A DNA stretch of 64,000 nucleotides from Octopus vulgaris (Eukaryota). The position numbers were made by a program, and so were the translations under genes. The notes below the pieces were generated by a model. The model had not been told where the DNA came from. It was given only the letters and a program-made list of their open reading frames with translations, and made no database searches. The stretch covers positions 15,004,001-15,068,000 of the forward strand of contig OX597837.1 of NCBI GenBank assembly GCA_951406725.2, written 5' to 3'. Of the stretch, positions 1 to 13,819 are shown piece after piece; position 1 is the stretch's first letter; the number at the start of each line of letters is the position of its first letter.

Positions 1-59
1 TTTCTATAAATATATATATAGAGAGAGAGAAAGAGAGATCTGTCTATATGTCTATTTCA

Positions 60-3000
60 TGTGTGTGAAGTGAATTTCCGCGCATTTACTTCGCTATATC
101 CTGGTCCACGTCGTGACCGATCTCTCTTTCAATCTACTTATTAGTACATGGGAATATTTTCGGAGACAATCTGAACGGCTCAGTCTAGATGTGGCCGCCC
201 ACCCTGTGTCGGTGGTGGTGGTTGTAAAAGTCACGATGCCACCGTTTTACAGTGGTTGCATTGTAGACTCGCTGACATCCCCCCTTCGTATATCTTCTTC
301 TCCGCTGCTTCACTTGCGATGCCCCTCCATTTCCCACTGTATTATACATTAGCAATTTCATTAGCTAATAAAGTGTATTTTATCATCTTGTATGAAATAT
401 TGTCTCTTCTTTCCATTAATAAGAATGTCATGCACGATGCATGGCCGGAGGTGGAGATCTTAACTGTTAGAGATTTGTGTGTTCGCATCAGCGAACTGTT
501 TTCTCTAACGTTTATCATACACACACACACATTAATAATATATATTTGCAGTACTTGATCATTAAATATTCCCTCCTCCTATTCTCGTAGTTATTAAATA
601 GAGGTGAAAGGGACCAAGCCGGATGAAAAAGGTCAGACAGGCTAAACTGCATAGACAGCTGCTACTGTTAAACAGCCCCTCTCTGTAAATGCATATTTGC
701 CGGTGTCACGATCGGAGTATTTGACCGGCGATTCCTGCCGGCCTCTTGGCCATTTCGAGACCGGCACGATTCGGTTTTCCTCGGTGGCCATTTGTTTTCT
801 GAAATCGTTCGTTTTTTCTGTCGTTGTGAATAAAGCAAATGCGGTACAATTGGAAGATTACAGAAATTATCGAAGCACATTGGACTTAATACACTGCCCG
901 AGGGACACCTTCCTTACTGTACAGGGACCGTCGTGGGATCGTACTTAGGGGCAGTGCTAGATAAAAGCATCGGTTTTAGGGGTTGCTGCCCAGGTGTCTC
1001 TCTGCTAACTGGAGGGCCTCCAGAGATATCGAGAAGTTACTGAAAATATTACTGAAGTGGGCCTTGTAGTACTTCGTTATCTAGGGGCCTATAAAATATT
1101 AATCCGGCTTTACTTTAAGAATAATAATTTCACCTACAAATAAAAATGAAATATAAATTTATGGCTGATTACTCATTATGGTAATTATATATATGATCAA
1201 TGAACTGTACCACACACACACACACATTCACTGTACAGAATGCTGCTTACTCTACTTCTACTACTATAAAGCAGCACTATGTGTGATGTAATCTCAGTCA
1301 CCATTCTTAGTTCCAAGACATCACTGCTAGCATCATCAACCTGCTTCTTATTCTCAGCAGCTTATAAGCCTCGGTTCGCGCTTCCAGATTTCATGATCGA
1401 CACCAGTTAGCTTTCTTTGGCCCTTGCCTTAGGCGAGATAATCTGCTCGGATAATCCTGGCTTCGATGTGAGTGTGTGCAGATAATGTTATATCAGTAGA
1501 TAATAACTACTGCTCGAGTGTGCAAACAGGCTGACAACCATTCCTCTCGCCGCTGTGTGTGAGAGAGAGAGAGACAGACACACACGCACACAGTAGGAAT
1601 TCTGATGTGTTGCAAGACGAACGGTGGCTTCGCTGTCGTCGATCACAAACCGATCTTCGGTTTGCTTCTTTCATCGACGACCACCAACTATCACTACTAT
1701 AATAGACAAATAGGTCAGATCCAGCACTGGCTGTCACGTCGTTAACATCACCGCATACAGAATTCATTATTCTCGTGCTAATATCTAACCAGCCATGGCG
1801 AAATATACCGTCACACTCAATAATTTGCTGCATAAAAAGTTAATAGCATTTTCTGTGAAAAGTATCTGTTATAATTTCACCGTAATTTCATATTTTAATT
1901 ATGTGTATCTTTGGCTTCGGCTTCAGTCATCCTATACGGAATCGGGCCACATGAAGCTTATAACTTTCAAAGAACCTGTTTGGTAATTATGAGCGGTTAA
2001 TATGATGAAATTAGACTGTCGAAATTGGATGAGAGGACGTTCTAGGCGTTTAGCTAATGCGGTACGGGCCTTTCGGTATTTAGTGAAAGTTGGTAAATTT
2101 AGGTTCTGCAGCAGAAAGATGAGAATCTTGGCGTTTCTAGTTTAAACTTTCGTCGGAGAGAGAGAGAGAAATATGCTCCCCCCTTCTCTCTCTCTCTCTT
2201 TCACACACATTCATAGAATGATTCACTTTTCCCCACGGCTTAATACGAACTTAACCACATTTACCTACTGTATTGCCTACGTAGATACACCACCACTAGT
2301 TTTTCCTTCATATTCTGGTTTTGGCTTCGTTTTCTTCTGACTTCAAATACTGCTGAGGTCGATGAAATACGTACGATCCACGTATACAGGGGTCGATTAA
2401 AACGACCCACGTTCCCAACCTCTGTTCTCAATATTCTTTTTTATATATATATATATATAGCTTTGTGTCAATGGGAGAAATCAATATTAAATTCTAGTGT
2501 GTGTGAATAGTTCTTTTCGTGTTCGAGGGACTCATTTTTATGTATTTAATATAACATTTACATCCAGGAAAATTCTATTATTTAACTTAAGTTTCATGTT
2601 AATTACTTTTGTACATTTCAAAATCTAAAATGTCGTTTAATTATCCTCATGGATCTCGATTCTGGTTTCCACCACGACTGCTAGATTTCCTCAGCCATTT
2701 CCATGGTAACCTACGTGGCTCAGCTAATTGCCCTGTGATCCTCCTTATTGGTTATTTGAGCAAGGTAACCATAGTGACATATACAACATCATAGCAGTTG
2801 GCCGTATCACGGTGTGTCTATGGCTACCACTTGAGCTTAGAGCTTTCAGAAGTAACACCTCCCTTCCCGCCTTATAATAATAATACATGACCCTATTTTC
2901 GTCCAACACGAAAACCATTGAGAAAGTGTGTGTGTGGTGATTGTTCTCTGTCGCTTCGTTTCAACATGGGTTTTACTTAATATCATTATCAGTTTCAGCC

Positions 3001-4720
3001 AGAAGCTATGGTCATGCTAAAGTACCGTCCTTTTTAAAGGTTTTGCTCACAGCAACCCGGTTTCCTCAACGTGTTGTGGCCGTAAACGATAACGAATTAC
3101 ATTTAATAAACCTCTGCTTTCACATTTTTAGTATTTATATATATTTGCTTTCAATCAGCTGATCTTGGAAGCATCATTGATATCACATGCCGAAATTCAT
3201 ATCCTTATATTTTAATTCTGACGTTTCTACAGAGATGGCCACTGCCTCTTGCGGTTTCTTGAAATCGGTGAAGTCAGATGGATATTTTCACTTTGGTCAT
3301 TTTACAAGTTATTAACATCGAACTTAATTATAATACAATTGCACCAGGATTATCTTACATTTGTCGTTAAATCCTAAACGGAGTTAACTGCTCTGCTTCT
3401 AAAATCTCAAAATCTCATTTGTAAACGTCAATTTAATAGACATAATTGAAATGTAATAATATGCAGATACTAATTATAATACAGCATTATTTCATTGACT
3501 GGAATACATTACAGATTTTGATGTCTGTTTCCAATATATTTGGAATTGCATTTTTACCCTTGCGTTTCCTCTCTGCCGGGGTCGATAAAATCGGTATACT
3601 GCGAAGTACTAGGGTAGGGTATGATATGATCGACTAAAAACCCCTTAAAGACGGTGCCCTTGCATGACCACAGTCTTATGAATGGACCTAATAAAACGAT
3701 GCTTGTTCGCCAAAAATTGTGTGAGGGTGTGTGTGTGTGTGTGTATATACATACACATATATTACATATAACATTCGCTAAATAAATTTCTGTTGATGAT
3801 TTTGGTATCAAATGGTCAAACATTTATTTGCATAATTTGTGAAATGTATGATGTAAGTGGCCATTCAACATGGATATGCCGAATAAAAAAAATATTCTAA
3901 CACTGTAAAAGACACTCTAAAAAAAATAGCTTTTGTGGTTATTTAAAAAAACGAACACGAAATTCTTTACTGTCGCTCGCACCTTATTTCACGTTACCTC
4001 GATTCGTTTTAAAAGACCAATAAATGTCTGCATCTTCTTCATATTCTTTCCTTTGTCTTCATTAAAAGTGCAACTCCCCGGCTGTTTTCCATAAAGTCAC
4101 CCGTTCTCGCCTCAATCAATGACTGATGTACGTTTTCTCCGCCCCACCTCTCGGACTTATCTCTTTCTCTCTCTCTCCATGACATTTTAGCATCATTTAA
4201 TTCTCTTCTCCACCATCGGGTCTTCTGCGGTTTTGCATCCGTATTTCGTTTTATTTTATCACCCTTTACATTTCAATTTCGAATCTATTGTACGAATATA
4301 TATATATATATATATACATCTTATACGCGCTTCCTATCTCTTCATTTATTTCCATTTGCCATATCTCAGCTCACTTCCTTCCACCCATCCTTTGTCTTAT
4401 CGCTTTATCCATCAGCCTTCTCCATCATTAATAATATTCCCGGTCGCATTCCTCAATTTTGTCATCTTCGCTGGCTATATATGTACATCTATAATATATA
4501 ATCATCCATTCATTGGGAAAGCATTTATTCTACGTCCACTTACATATTCAATGAATAAGCTGTCAGCATCTCTCGTGTTTTGCATTGCACCAATTTTTAT
4601 CCATTTTTGCAGTCCGTATGATTCACACACCACACTGCACCGCCGTCATCATATACCGGCATTTTAACATAATATATTCATTGCTGCTACGTATCTCTGC
4701 TGTTTCTATCGAATAATTCA
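60..4720. promoter_or_regulatory. CpG-retaining (probably unmethylated) promoter-like block
   Basis: CG dinucleotides are visibly frequent up to about 4.7 kb and scarce afterwards (TG/CA excess), as expected for a promoter followed by a methylated gene body. Judged by eye, not counted. Confidence 0.55.
1265..1299 (+). promoter_or_regulatory. Candidate Pol II core promoter: TATAAAG plus TCAGTC initiator
   Basis: TATAAA at 1265-1270 and Inr TCAGTC at 1294-1299 place A+1 (1296) 31 nt from the first T. A GTGAGT donor at 1468 could close a non-coding first exon. Confidence 0.4.
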
Positions 4721-5001
4721 TTCACTGAGAGAAAAGTAGTCACCATACAGACTGGATGTCATTTTGATATGCCTTCTTGGGTGTGTGTGTGTGTGTGTGT
4801 TATTCTTTTACAGGTTTGTCATTTGACTACAGCCATGCTGGAGCACCGCCGTGAAGGGTTTTAGTCGAAGAAATCGATCCCAAGACTTATAAGCTTAGTA
4901 CTTATTCTATCGGTCCTATTTGACGAACTGCTAGGTTACGAGTGACGTAAACACACCAACATCGGTTGTCAAGTGATATTAGGGTTTCAGCCGCAAAGAG
5001 A

Positions 5002-5047
<46 letters not shown>

Positions 5048-5235
5048 GTCTTGTGTTCAAGAAGTTTGCTGCATATGACTTGGTTTAGGCACCCCCCCCC
5101 CAATGCTCAACCACTGTCAGGTTTTTTTTATAGTTGTTGGCTGACCAATTTCTTGAGTATAATTGGTTGATGGTAACTGTAAGAAGCCTGCCATGTCTGT
5201 CTGAACACACACACACACACACAGCCACTCCTGCA

Positions 5236-5277
<42 letters not shown>

Positions 5278-5280
<3 letters not shown>

Positions 5281-5680
5281 TGCAGGAGTGGCTGTGTGTA
5301 AGTAGCTTGCTTACGAACCACATGATTCTGGGTTCAGTTTCACTGCATAGAATCTTGGAGAAAGTGTCTTCTACTATAGCCTCAGGCCAACAAAACCCTT
5401 GTGAGTGGATTTGGTAGACGGAAACTGAAAGAAACCTGTCGTGTGTATATATATATATATATGTGTGTGCGTGTATGTTTGTGTGTGTGTGTGTTTGTCC
5501 CCCTAGCATTGCTTGACAACTGATGCTGGTGTGTTTATGTGCCCATCACTTAGCAGTTCGGCAAAAGAGACTGATAAAATAAGTACTGAGCTTACAAAGA
5601 ATAAGTCCCGGGGTTGAGTTGCTCGATTAAAGGCGGTGCTTCAGCATGGCCACAGTCAAATGACTGAAACAGGTAAAAGA
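5278..5680 (+). mobile_element. SINE family A, full-length copy
   Basis: Colinear with 21401-21815; differences are mostly CpG transitions. Confidence 0.9.
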
Positions 5681-6016
5681 GAAAGAGTATATATATAGTG
5701 GTGTGTGTTGCCCTTGTTGCAACATTTTTTGCTCTACTTTGAAACGATTGCCTTTCTTACAAATGCTATCATTTGTTTACAATCTTCTGCCAAAAATATT
5801 TGTCTCTATTGAGGGTTAATATCACCTCACTTGTAAACAGGTGTTGGTGGCTGGAAAGGCATTCAAAAGCAGGAATCTGCTGCAGTTTCACCTGTGCCAA
5901 CTAAACAGGGAGAGAAGACATTTGATCAATGCTGTGTATATTTAGATGGCCATGTTCGTGCGTGTGTGTGTGCCTATATATGTGTTCATGTGTAGGTGTG
6001 TTTATATGAGTGTGCA

Positions 6017-6060
<44 letters not shown>

Positions 6061-6809
6061 TGTACAACTATATAAATGCATATTGATTCCTCTGAGAGTG
6101 TGTGTGTGTGTGTGTGTATTTGGGTATGTGACAGAGGTTTTCAGTGAGTTTCAATTCCCAGGTTTGATAAGTATTTTGTATAGCAGGTGGAAATGTCTGT
6201 TGTTATAATTAGAAACCTGCCATCTGTTGACGACAATGACAGCAGAACTTTTGACAACACAGATTCACCCACTTTTCTGTTGCAGAGTTTGCGGTTAGAG
6301 AGCGTCTGTTTACGGTGTAACCTCTGCTAGTATGGGAAAAACGATGTACAAATGATGCTGATGATGACATGCCTCAGTTTGTAACCCAACACCATCAGAT
6401 TCGGTTAACCCCACGTAACAACTGCTACCACTAATGTGTTAATACCCCACTTAACGACAACTGAGCTACTGACCCACACCAACACACCACCCTGCCATGT
6501 GGGGTACCCAATTCAAGGAACTGATGTTGCTGGGTACATTATACATTTATTTGTACAACCTGCCACCAGAGTGGCAACAGCATTATGCCAACACCTTGTC
6601 CAAGCAATGGGCCTGGGAATACAGTATCTGGTGTCACTTCTACAGCATTGACACCACATGACCTGAACTGACCAATAGAAGCCTAACCTCTTGGAAGCCG
6701 TCTTGAATTGGTCTTTTATCTTGCTCTCCTTCTGATATCTGACGATAACATGGATGCTGCTGACACACCCATGAAACATTTAAGTCATAAGGAGCTTATT
6801 ATTGTCACT

Positions 6810-7137
6810 CCATCAGCTGTGATGACGAGGGTTCCATTTAATCCGAACAACCGAACAACCTGCTTGTGAAAAATAACATGCAATTGGCTGAGTACTTCAC
6901 AGACATGCGCAGCCCTTAATGTGGTTCTTGGGGAGATTCGGGATGACACAGAATGCTACAAGGCTGGCTCTTTTGAATTGCTGGTACAACTCAGTTTTGC
7001 CAGTTGAGTGAGCTGGAGCAATGTGAAAAATAAAGTGTCTTACTCAAGGACACAATGTGTGTCACTGGGTATTGAACTCCTGACCTCATTACAATCATGA
7101 GCCAAATACCCCAACCACTAAGCCATATGCCTTCACA
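6810..7137 (-). mobile_element. tRNA-derived SINE family D (Meta/V-like core GTGTCCTTGAGxAAGACACTT)
   Basis: Minus-strand head GTGAAGGCATATGGCTTAGTGGTT...GGAGTTCAATACCC. Related copies at about 33297-33560 (+), 56260-56370 (-) and 63570-63720 (-). Confidence 0.75.
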
Positions 7138-8094
7138 AGTGCATACATACACATGCATGCATGTACATGGAAATGTGTGTGTGTGTGTATTTTTACTGTA
7201 TGTGATAGAAAATTCAACAAAAAAGTACTCCATCTGCTGAGAGGTAAATATTATTTATTTAAAGGACTCAATACCTGTCCTTAAGTGCTACTAATAGTTT
7301 CTTCTCTTATTCAAATTTTTTTAGTTGTGATGTGTGGTTTGTGCCTGATGAATATGTTTGGGGTATTTCTCAACATATGAAACTATTTGTAGCACTTAAA
7401 CACATGTATTGTGTCCTTTAAATACATAGTATATAACCTCACAGTTTCTTTTACATCTGATCTTCCATGTTGGCTTGTCTTGGACAAAGATTTATTTGTG
7501 GCGGTATTTTTCTGGTCAGATACTGTTCCTATCACTAATCCACTCCCGTGTTTCAAGTAAGGGATTCTTTTAGGGTCCTGAGGTTCTCTTATCCCTGCAC
7601 CTGGTACATTTTGTAAAGTGGTTGATAATAGGGAGGGCATCCGGTCATGGAAACCAAACCGGAATACCATGTGCAAGTCTGTGGGAGCAGCAGCACCCAG
7701 GAGATCTCTTAGACCTTGGTGACCTGCCCAACCAATGCCAACATGGGAAGCAGACTTCAAAAGGAGGAAATAACAATGCATTTTTAGCAGACATTATTCA
7801 TACAGGATATTGTACAAAGAAATCTCTGATAGTGAAATTGGTAACACACTTAACTCTCGACTTTGCTTATTGCAATCATCGTTAGTCTGTACAATTTATT
7901 GGTAAGGAATGTTATCTGCTCTTCCTTTCTAAATCTAATCATTTGCATAGATACACATATACACATACTGACCCATGTGCAGAGAGAGACATAGAAACCC
8001 AGATGCAGTTACACGGATACACACTATTATAGATGTGTACACACACACACACGCACTGACAAATACTTTCAGATACAAACTGGTTCTGTTATAT

Positions 8095-8416
8095 CAGGAG
8101 TTCTCAACGATCTTTTATTTATGGACCCCTTTCGATTACTATGTTATTCAGTGGAACCCCGTAGCCATTCGATGTTTTAAAGCCAGTCTTATAGAAGCCT
8201 CTTTCAACATTCCTATTTTGCTTTTCACACATAAACTTGTGCAGGTTGAATTATGTAAAATGGAAGAGGGAAAGAAACCTGGTCGTTTTGTGCAATACAT
8301 ACACCTAAAGCAACTTTTTTTTCGTTTACCCTTAAAATACTACTGTGGACCCAATTTACTGTTCTGTAGCATGGACCCCACAAAAATCTTATACGGACCA
8401 TGGTCGAGAGCCACAA
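8095..8416. mobile_element. hAT/Charlie-type MITE (decayed)
   Basis: Termini CAGGAGTTCTCAAC and GTCGAGAGCCACAA resemble CAGTGGTTCTCAAC/GTTGAGAACCACTG; repeated internal TGGACCCC motifs. Confidence 0.6.
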
Positions 8417-9248
8417 ACAAACATACATACACATTCCTGAATCCATAACCACACAAAGAGAAGCTTAGTAATTTGACAGACACACATTTATCAAGATAAG
8501 CATCAAACTGAATTGAGTGCTGAGATCAATATGATTGGCTGCTTCCATCAAAGGAATGCTCTAACATGGTCATTGTCCATCACACACACACACACACACA
8601 CAATCAAAATAATTTTTAAGCATTAAGACTAGAGCAATCCATAAGGTCACTTAAACCATGGCTATTTTCTTCGTGTATTGTAACATCTTTAAGGTTGCTT
8701 CATGTCACCTTGTGTGCACCTACAAGCTTGTAAAAATTAAAAACTCTTTCTTTTCTTCAGCACATTTGCAGCCCAGCAGGGCTGCAAAAGGCCTTAAGCA
8801 CTTGCAGCACAGCCCTGTCATCAGAACCTTTGCACACACACAGTCACTGCTGTAGAGGCTCTTCCTTGACTTGTAGAGGCTGGCGTGTGTGTGTTGGTTA
8901 GACATTAAGTTTCCAATTCTCAGAACTGATGTGCATTTTGTATAACAAGTAAAAATGATGTCTGACCTGGAACTGCCGTCTGTTGACAGTGGAATCAACA
9001 GACAATTTGACAGCTTAGCTTCATTCAGTGCTTTTGGGGATCACAGGAATAAAAGAAAAAAATCCCTAACTTTAGAAACAGTTATGGTTTGGCAACGGGA
9101 AAAGCATCCAGCCGTAAAGTCCCTCTCTCCAACTCCTGATTAATAAAATTTTAAAAATTAACACTAGACAAATGAAACTTTGTGTGTGTGTGTATATACA
9201 TGTGTGTGTGTGTGTGTGTGCATATATATGTGTGTGTGTATATAATGA

Positions 9249-9285
<37 letters not shown>

Positions 9286-10967
9286 TGTAATGTGTTATAC
9301 TATGCTTACTTTAACATTGTATAACACTTTACGTGTGTGTGTAATGTGAGTATATATATACACACACACACACACACGTATGTAATGTGTTGCAGAATGC
9401 TAAAGTAAGCATAGTATAGTCACCAGGTACAATACTATTGGACCACATTGCATAATATACCTGGTTATGACACCAATCATCAGTTCTCTGAAACGGCTGT
9501 AAAGATGTGACTTGATTGCATCATTTATTTGTATATACAACTTTTCATGCAAATACATTCCTTATGCCTACTTTTGTTTTATCTTTTCTGCTTAGTCCTG
9601 GTGCCACGTAAAAAGTGCCAAATATACTCTTTGAAGTGGTTGGCATTTATTTCAGAAACGCATCCGGTTATAGAAACCATGCCAAAGTAGATATTGGAGC
9701 TTAGCATTGTCCTCTCACTCGTTGTCGGCTCTTATCAAACCATCCAACACATGTCAGCATAGGAATAGACATCAAACAACAATGATACATATATGTATAT
9801 AATTTGTGTTAATTTACATTTTAGACAAATAGCTGTTGTTTAGCCCAAGGTCAGTCCTAATCCAGGAGGCCTTTGCCACTCTGACTTCTTGTAATCAAAG
9901 ACTGCATTGTCCAATGTATCACTCTTTATTTAAGACAACACAGTGTGGTTGAAGAGAGGTTTGGCTGCTATGTCTAACAGGCAGAGCAACCACATTGAGG
10001 TTACTGCATTGAGGCAGTGTTCAAATGAACATTGGACTTTTTCTCCTGCCATATTTTAGATTCAGAAATGTTCAAGCTTTTATTATTGTTATTATTTTCA
10101 TGAAGCCTGGCTGATGAGTTGGTTAGACTCGTTAACATTGCGGAGTAAAATGCTCAGTGGCATTCCATTTGTCTTTAGGTTCTGAGTTCAAATTCTACCA
10201 TGGTTGTCATTCATTCTCTCGAGGGTCAATAAAATAAGTACCGGTCAAAGTACTGAGGTCGATGTAATCAACTTCCCCCTCCCCTCAAAACAAAAAAAAA
10301 ACTGCTGGCCCTGTACCAAAATTCGAAAACTGTTGTTTTCATTAAACCTAATCTTATATTTTCTATTTTTAGCATCTTAAGACCCAAAATACACACACTC
10401 ACACGTGTGTGTGTGTGTGTATACATACACCTACTCGTGCACTGCTCACATATCTGGGACAACAGTGGCTTCCACACATGCTAACAATTCTATAGACCGC
10501 CTACTTAAGAAGGCCGTTTCTGACTGATTAACGAAGATTCACTACAGCCCAACAACAACTCTCTACAACCACTAACTTAAAATACACCATCCTGCTCCCC
10601 CCCTCTCTCTATCACAATAGATTCTTCCCCACCAAACCAACTTGCTGCATACTTTCACCACCAAGATATACACCTAATATACACTTACATCTTCATTCTC
10701 TCACCCTACTTTTTGTCTTGCTTCCCAGATTCTGCACTCAGCACTCAGAGTTAATCCTTATTCCACAGAATTTCATTCCCCCCCTCTCCCCACCACCACC
10801 ACCACCATCTCTCTCTCTCTCTCTCGCTCACTCTACCCTCTACCCCTTCCACCACCAATTCACATCTTCTCTTGCAGATGTTTGTTGACCTACAGAGGTT
10901 CCAAGTGAAATATCATAAGCACCAATGTCTGGAACTTGTAAAAACACTTGAGTAATACATACACACA

Positions 10968-11011
<44 letters not shown>

Positions 11012-13781
11012 GTGTGTATGAATTGGCAAGTAGTTGTGTTGACAAACAATGAAAAAGTATTCTACAAAGAATTTGTAGGGTTTGAAGAATCTGCAGCCTG
11101 GAATTCGATAACAATTCAAAAACCTTCATCTAACAATAATGACGTGTGTGTGTTTGTTTTAGCATCCACTTTCCCCTGCTTACGTTATTTAGATGGAAAT
11201 CATTGAGTCAGATTCTCTACAGCTGGATGCCCTACCTGTCACCAACCCTCACCTGTTTCCAAACCAGGTAATATTTCCCCATGATCCGACCGATTTTCCA
11301 TGGGTGATTGGAAATGAATGGCATTGCTTGTATGAACTGTCAGACAATGTCAAGAGAAGGAGATACACACACATTTGATGGGCTTCTTTCAGTTTCCATC
11401 TACCAAACCCACTCGCAAAGCTGTAACAGAAGACACTTGTCAAAGGTGACATGCAGTGGAACTGAACCCAGAACCACAAGGTTGAGAAGTGAAGTTCTTA
11501 ACCTCATAGCATACACACACACACGTATAGTTTTCCATAAGTTTATAATGGAAACCCTAAAATTATACCTTGTGTTGTTTGGCATTAGGAAGGGCCTCCA
11601 GCCATAGAAATGATCCCAACGCTGATATTGGGTCATTGGACCTCATCAGAACATCCAGCCTATGTCAGCATGATGATAATGATGATGTTGTTTAGCCCTG
11701 AGCATTTGAGCCATGACCCTCCTGTCTTTTTAGAATCCTTTATAGCTATATAATCCAATGTACTGTTTTTAACATGGTACTGTGATTTGAGAGAGATATC
11801 AGCAGCTATTTCTAGCAGAGTGAGTGGCTATGTAGCTGCTCCTTCATTTGCTCATGCTGTTCATACAGAATTGAACTGATGCAAAAATCTATCAAAATCT
11901 TATCTCAATCAACAGTAATTTCCTGTCTTGAAATCTTTGAGATGAATAAAACATTCGTTTTGCTCATTTACCATTCTTATAATTTTTTTTTTCTTTTTCT
12001 ATAGATCTCCAAATGTTGGTATTGCCTTCGCCTAAACCTTTAACCCTTTTCATTTTCATACCAGTCTGCCCTGGTTCTGTGATACAAACTTCTTATTTCA
12101 AAGTGATCTAATTTAAAACCTCTCTTTAAAATTTCGTGTTAATTTATGTGCCAAACACCAGATTAATAATGACAAAGTTCTTTTACTAAATTCTTTATTT
12201 TTCTTCAAAACGAATTGATATAAAAGCAGTATGTTGTCAATGGAAACATGTCAAAAGCGTTAAGACAGTCTTGCTTTTGTGATTTAGAAAAGGTACACAC
12301 ATTGATATGTTTGACATTTATTAGATTTCAAGTCAAAGTTGCCGAAAGACAGTCACGTCTTGAGCTACTTTCAATATCTTAAAATAACTTAATGTCATTG
12401 TTCAACTGACAATTATTACCTGAACTTGACCTCCCAAAAGGTTAACTTGACCCTGTCGTGATTCAGACACAAAATAATAGAATTACGAATATATCGAGGC
12501 TTAGTAAGAAGCTTGCATTCCGGCCTCATGGTTTCTGGTTCAATCCCAGTACATGACACCTTGGGAAAGTGTCTTCTACTATAACCCTGGGCTGACTAAA
12601 GCCTTGTGATGACTTGGTAGATGGAAAAAGAAAAAAGCCCGCTACATGTATACATGTGCATGCATTTGTGTGTGTGTGTGTGTGTGTGTTATTGTCCCCT
12701 CGTCTTGGCATTGCATAATTGTTGTAAACATGCTCAGTTATAGGGAAATGTTACCTTACTTGAAAACAGGTGAGGGTTAGTGACTGGAAGAGCATCTTGC
12801 TGCAGAAACGCCTGCCTCTTGCTAGCATTAAAATGATGATGACATATAAATTGACTCATGTACTTGAATTGTACTTTAGCAACATCACCTCCCAAAAAAG
12901 ATTGAACGCAAACTTGGCATTGGCAGGTTTCGAACTCAAAACACAGACAACCGGAACAAATATGCAAGGCATACCATCCGATGTTCTAATTACTCTGCCT
13001 ATTTTGCCAGCAAAGAATTTAATTAGAACTGGAGAGCTGCCAATAATGAAGACTTGTTGCTAAAAAAAAATATCTTCATTCCTCAAGAGTACAACACATA
13101 TGGAGGGAAGAAGACAAAGAACGTTTTGGGGGTTGGGGCTAGTTTTTATTAGTTCTGAGAAAATTATTGTGTAATGTACATAGTGATGAAAGAGTCATGG
13201 AAGCAATTCTTCAGTTGCAAAACCACCCCGAAATTGCCTGACAGGTTAGAGACTCTGCTAGTTTGGAATCGTTCTTCTTATTATTATTAGCCTTATTGTT
13301 AGCATCATGAGAACTGGAACAGTAGAACAAGAAAACGGTTGGAAATTTGAAAGTGTAGGTGGCTAAATGGGCTGCAAGTGTAGATGTGTGCAACACGAAT
13401 ATATAAATGTCTGTTGTGGCACAGAAACCGTTTCTGTGTTAGACAAAGTGCATGTCGTTCTGGTATTGGGTTACGAGCAGCTGATAAATTGGTGAGGTCA
13501 TGTTCAGTGGCTTTATTAAACAGCACATTGTTTTGTTGTTTTTTTTTACTTGATTTTAGTTTTGTTTTTGTTTTTAAACCTTATTTTGGAGTGAGAAAAT
13601 ATCTTAGCTTTTTATTTTATTTTTAATTCTTAAATGGCTGTCACGATGTCTTGTGGTTTGTTGCATTAATTGGACAGATGTATGATTCCTGGAATCACCC
13701 ATCACCACTGCAACCACATGTCAACCAGTGTTTGTTTGTTTACATCCCTGTGCATAACTGTTCAACAAAAAGACCAATAGA

Positions 13782-13819
<38 letters not shown>

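Noticed and set aside
1795-1986. GCCATGG Kozak ORF (MAKYTVTLNN...) as first coding exon
   Set aside because: No convincing phase-0 donor and no family similarity.
2990-3045. HAKVPSFLK as homolog of the CRMP VKKVPIHLQ leader
   Set aside because: The DNA is a decayed antisense family A SINE tail.
3212-3270. Minus-strand GAAACGTC with a partial stem II as a hammerhead
   Set aside because: No CUGANGA core and no stem I pairing.
8745-9143. Acceptor at 8760 and ORF MMSDLELPSVDSG as an extra exon
   Set aside because: No compatible donor or homology found; runs into a repeat fragment.
12421-12453. Nuclear-receptor DR0-like element (TGAACTTGACCT)
   Set aside because: Short motif expected by chance in 64 kb; no supporting evidence.
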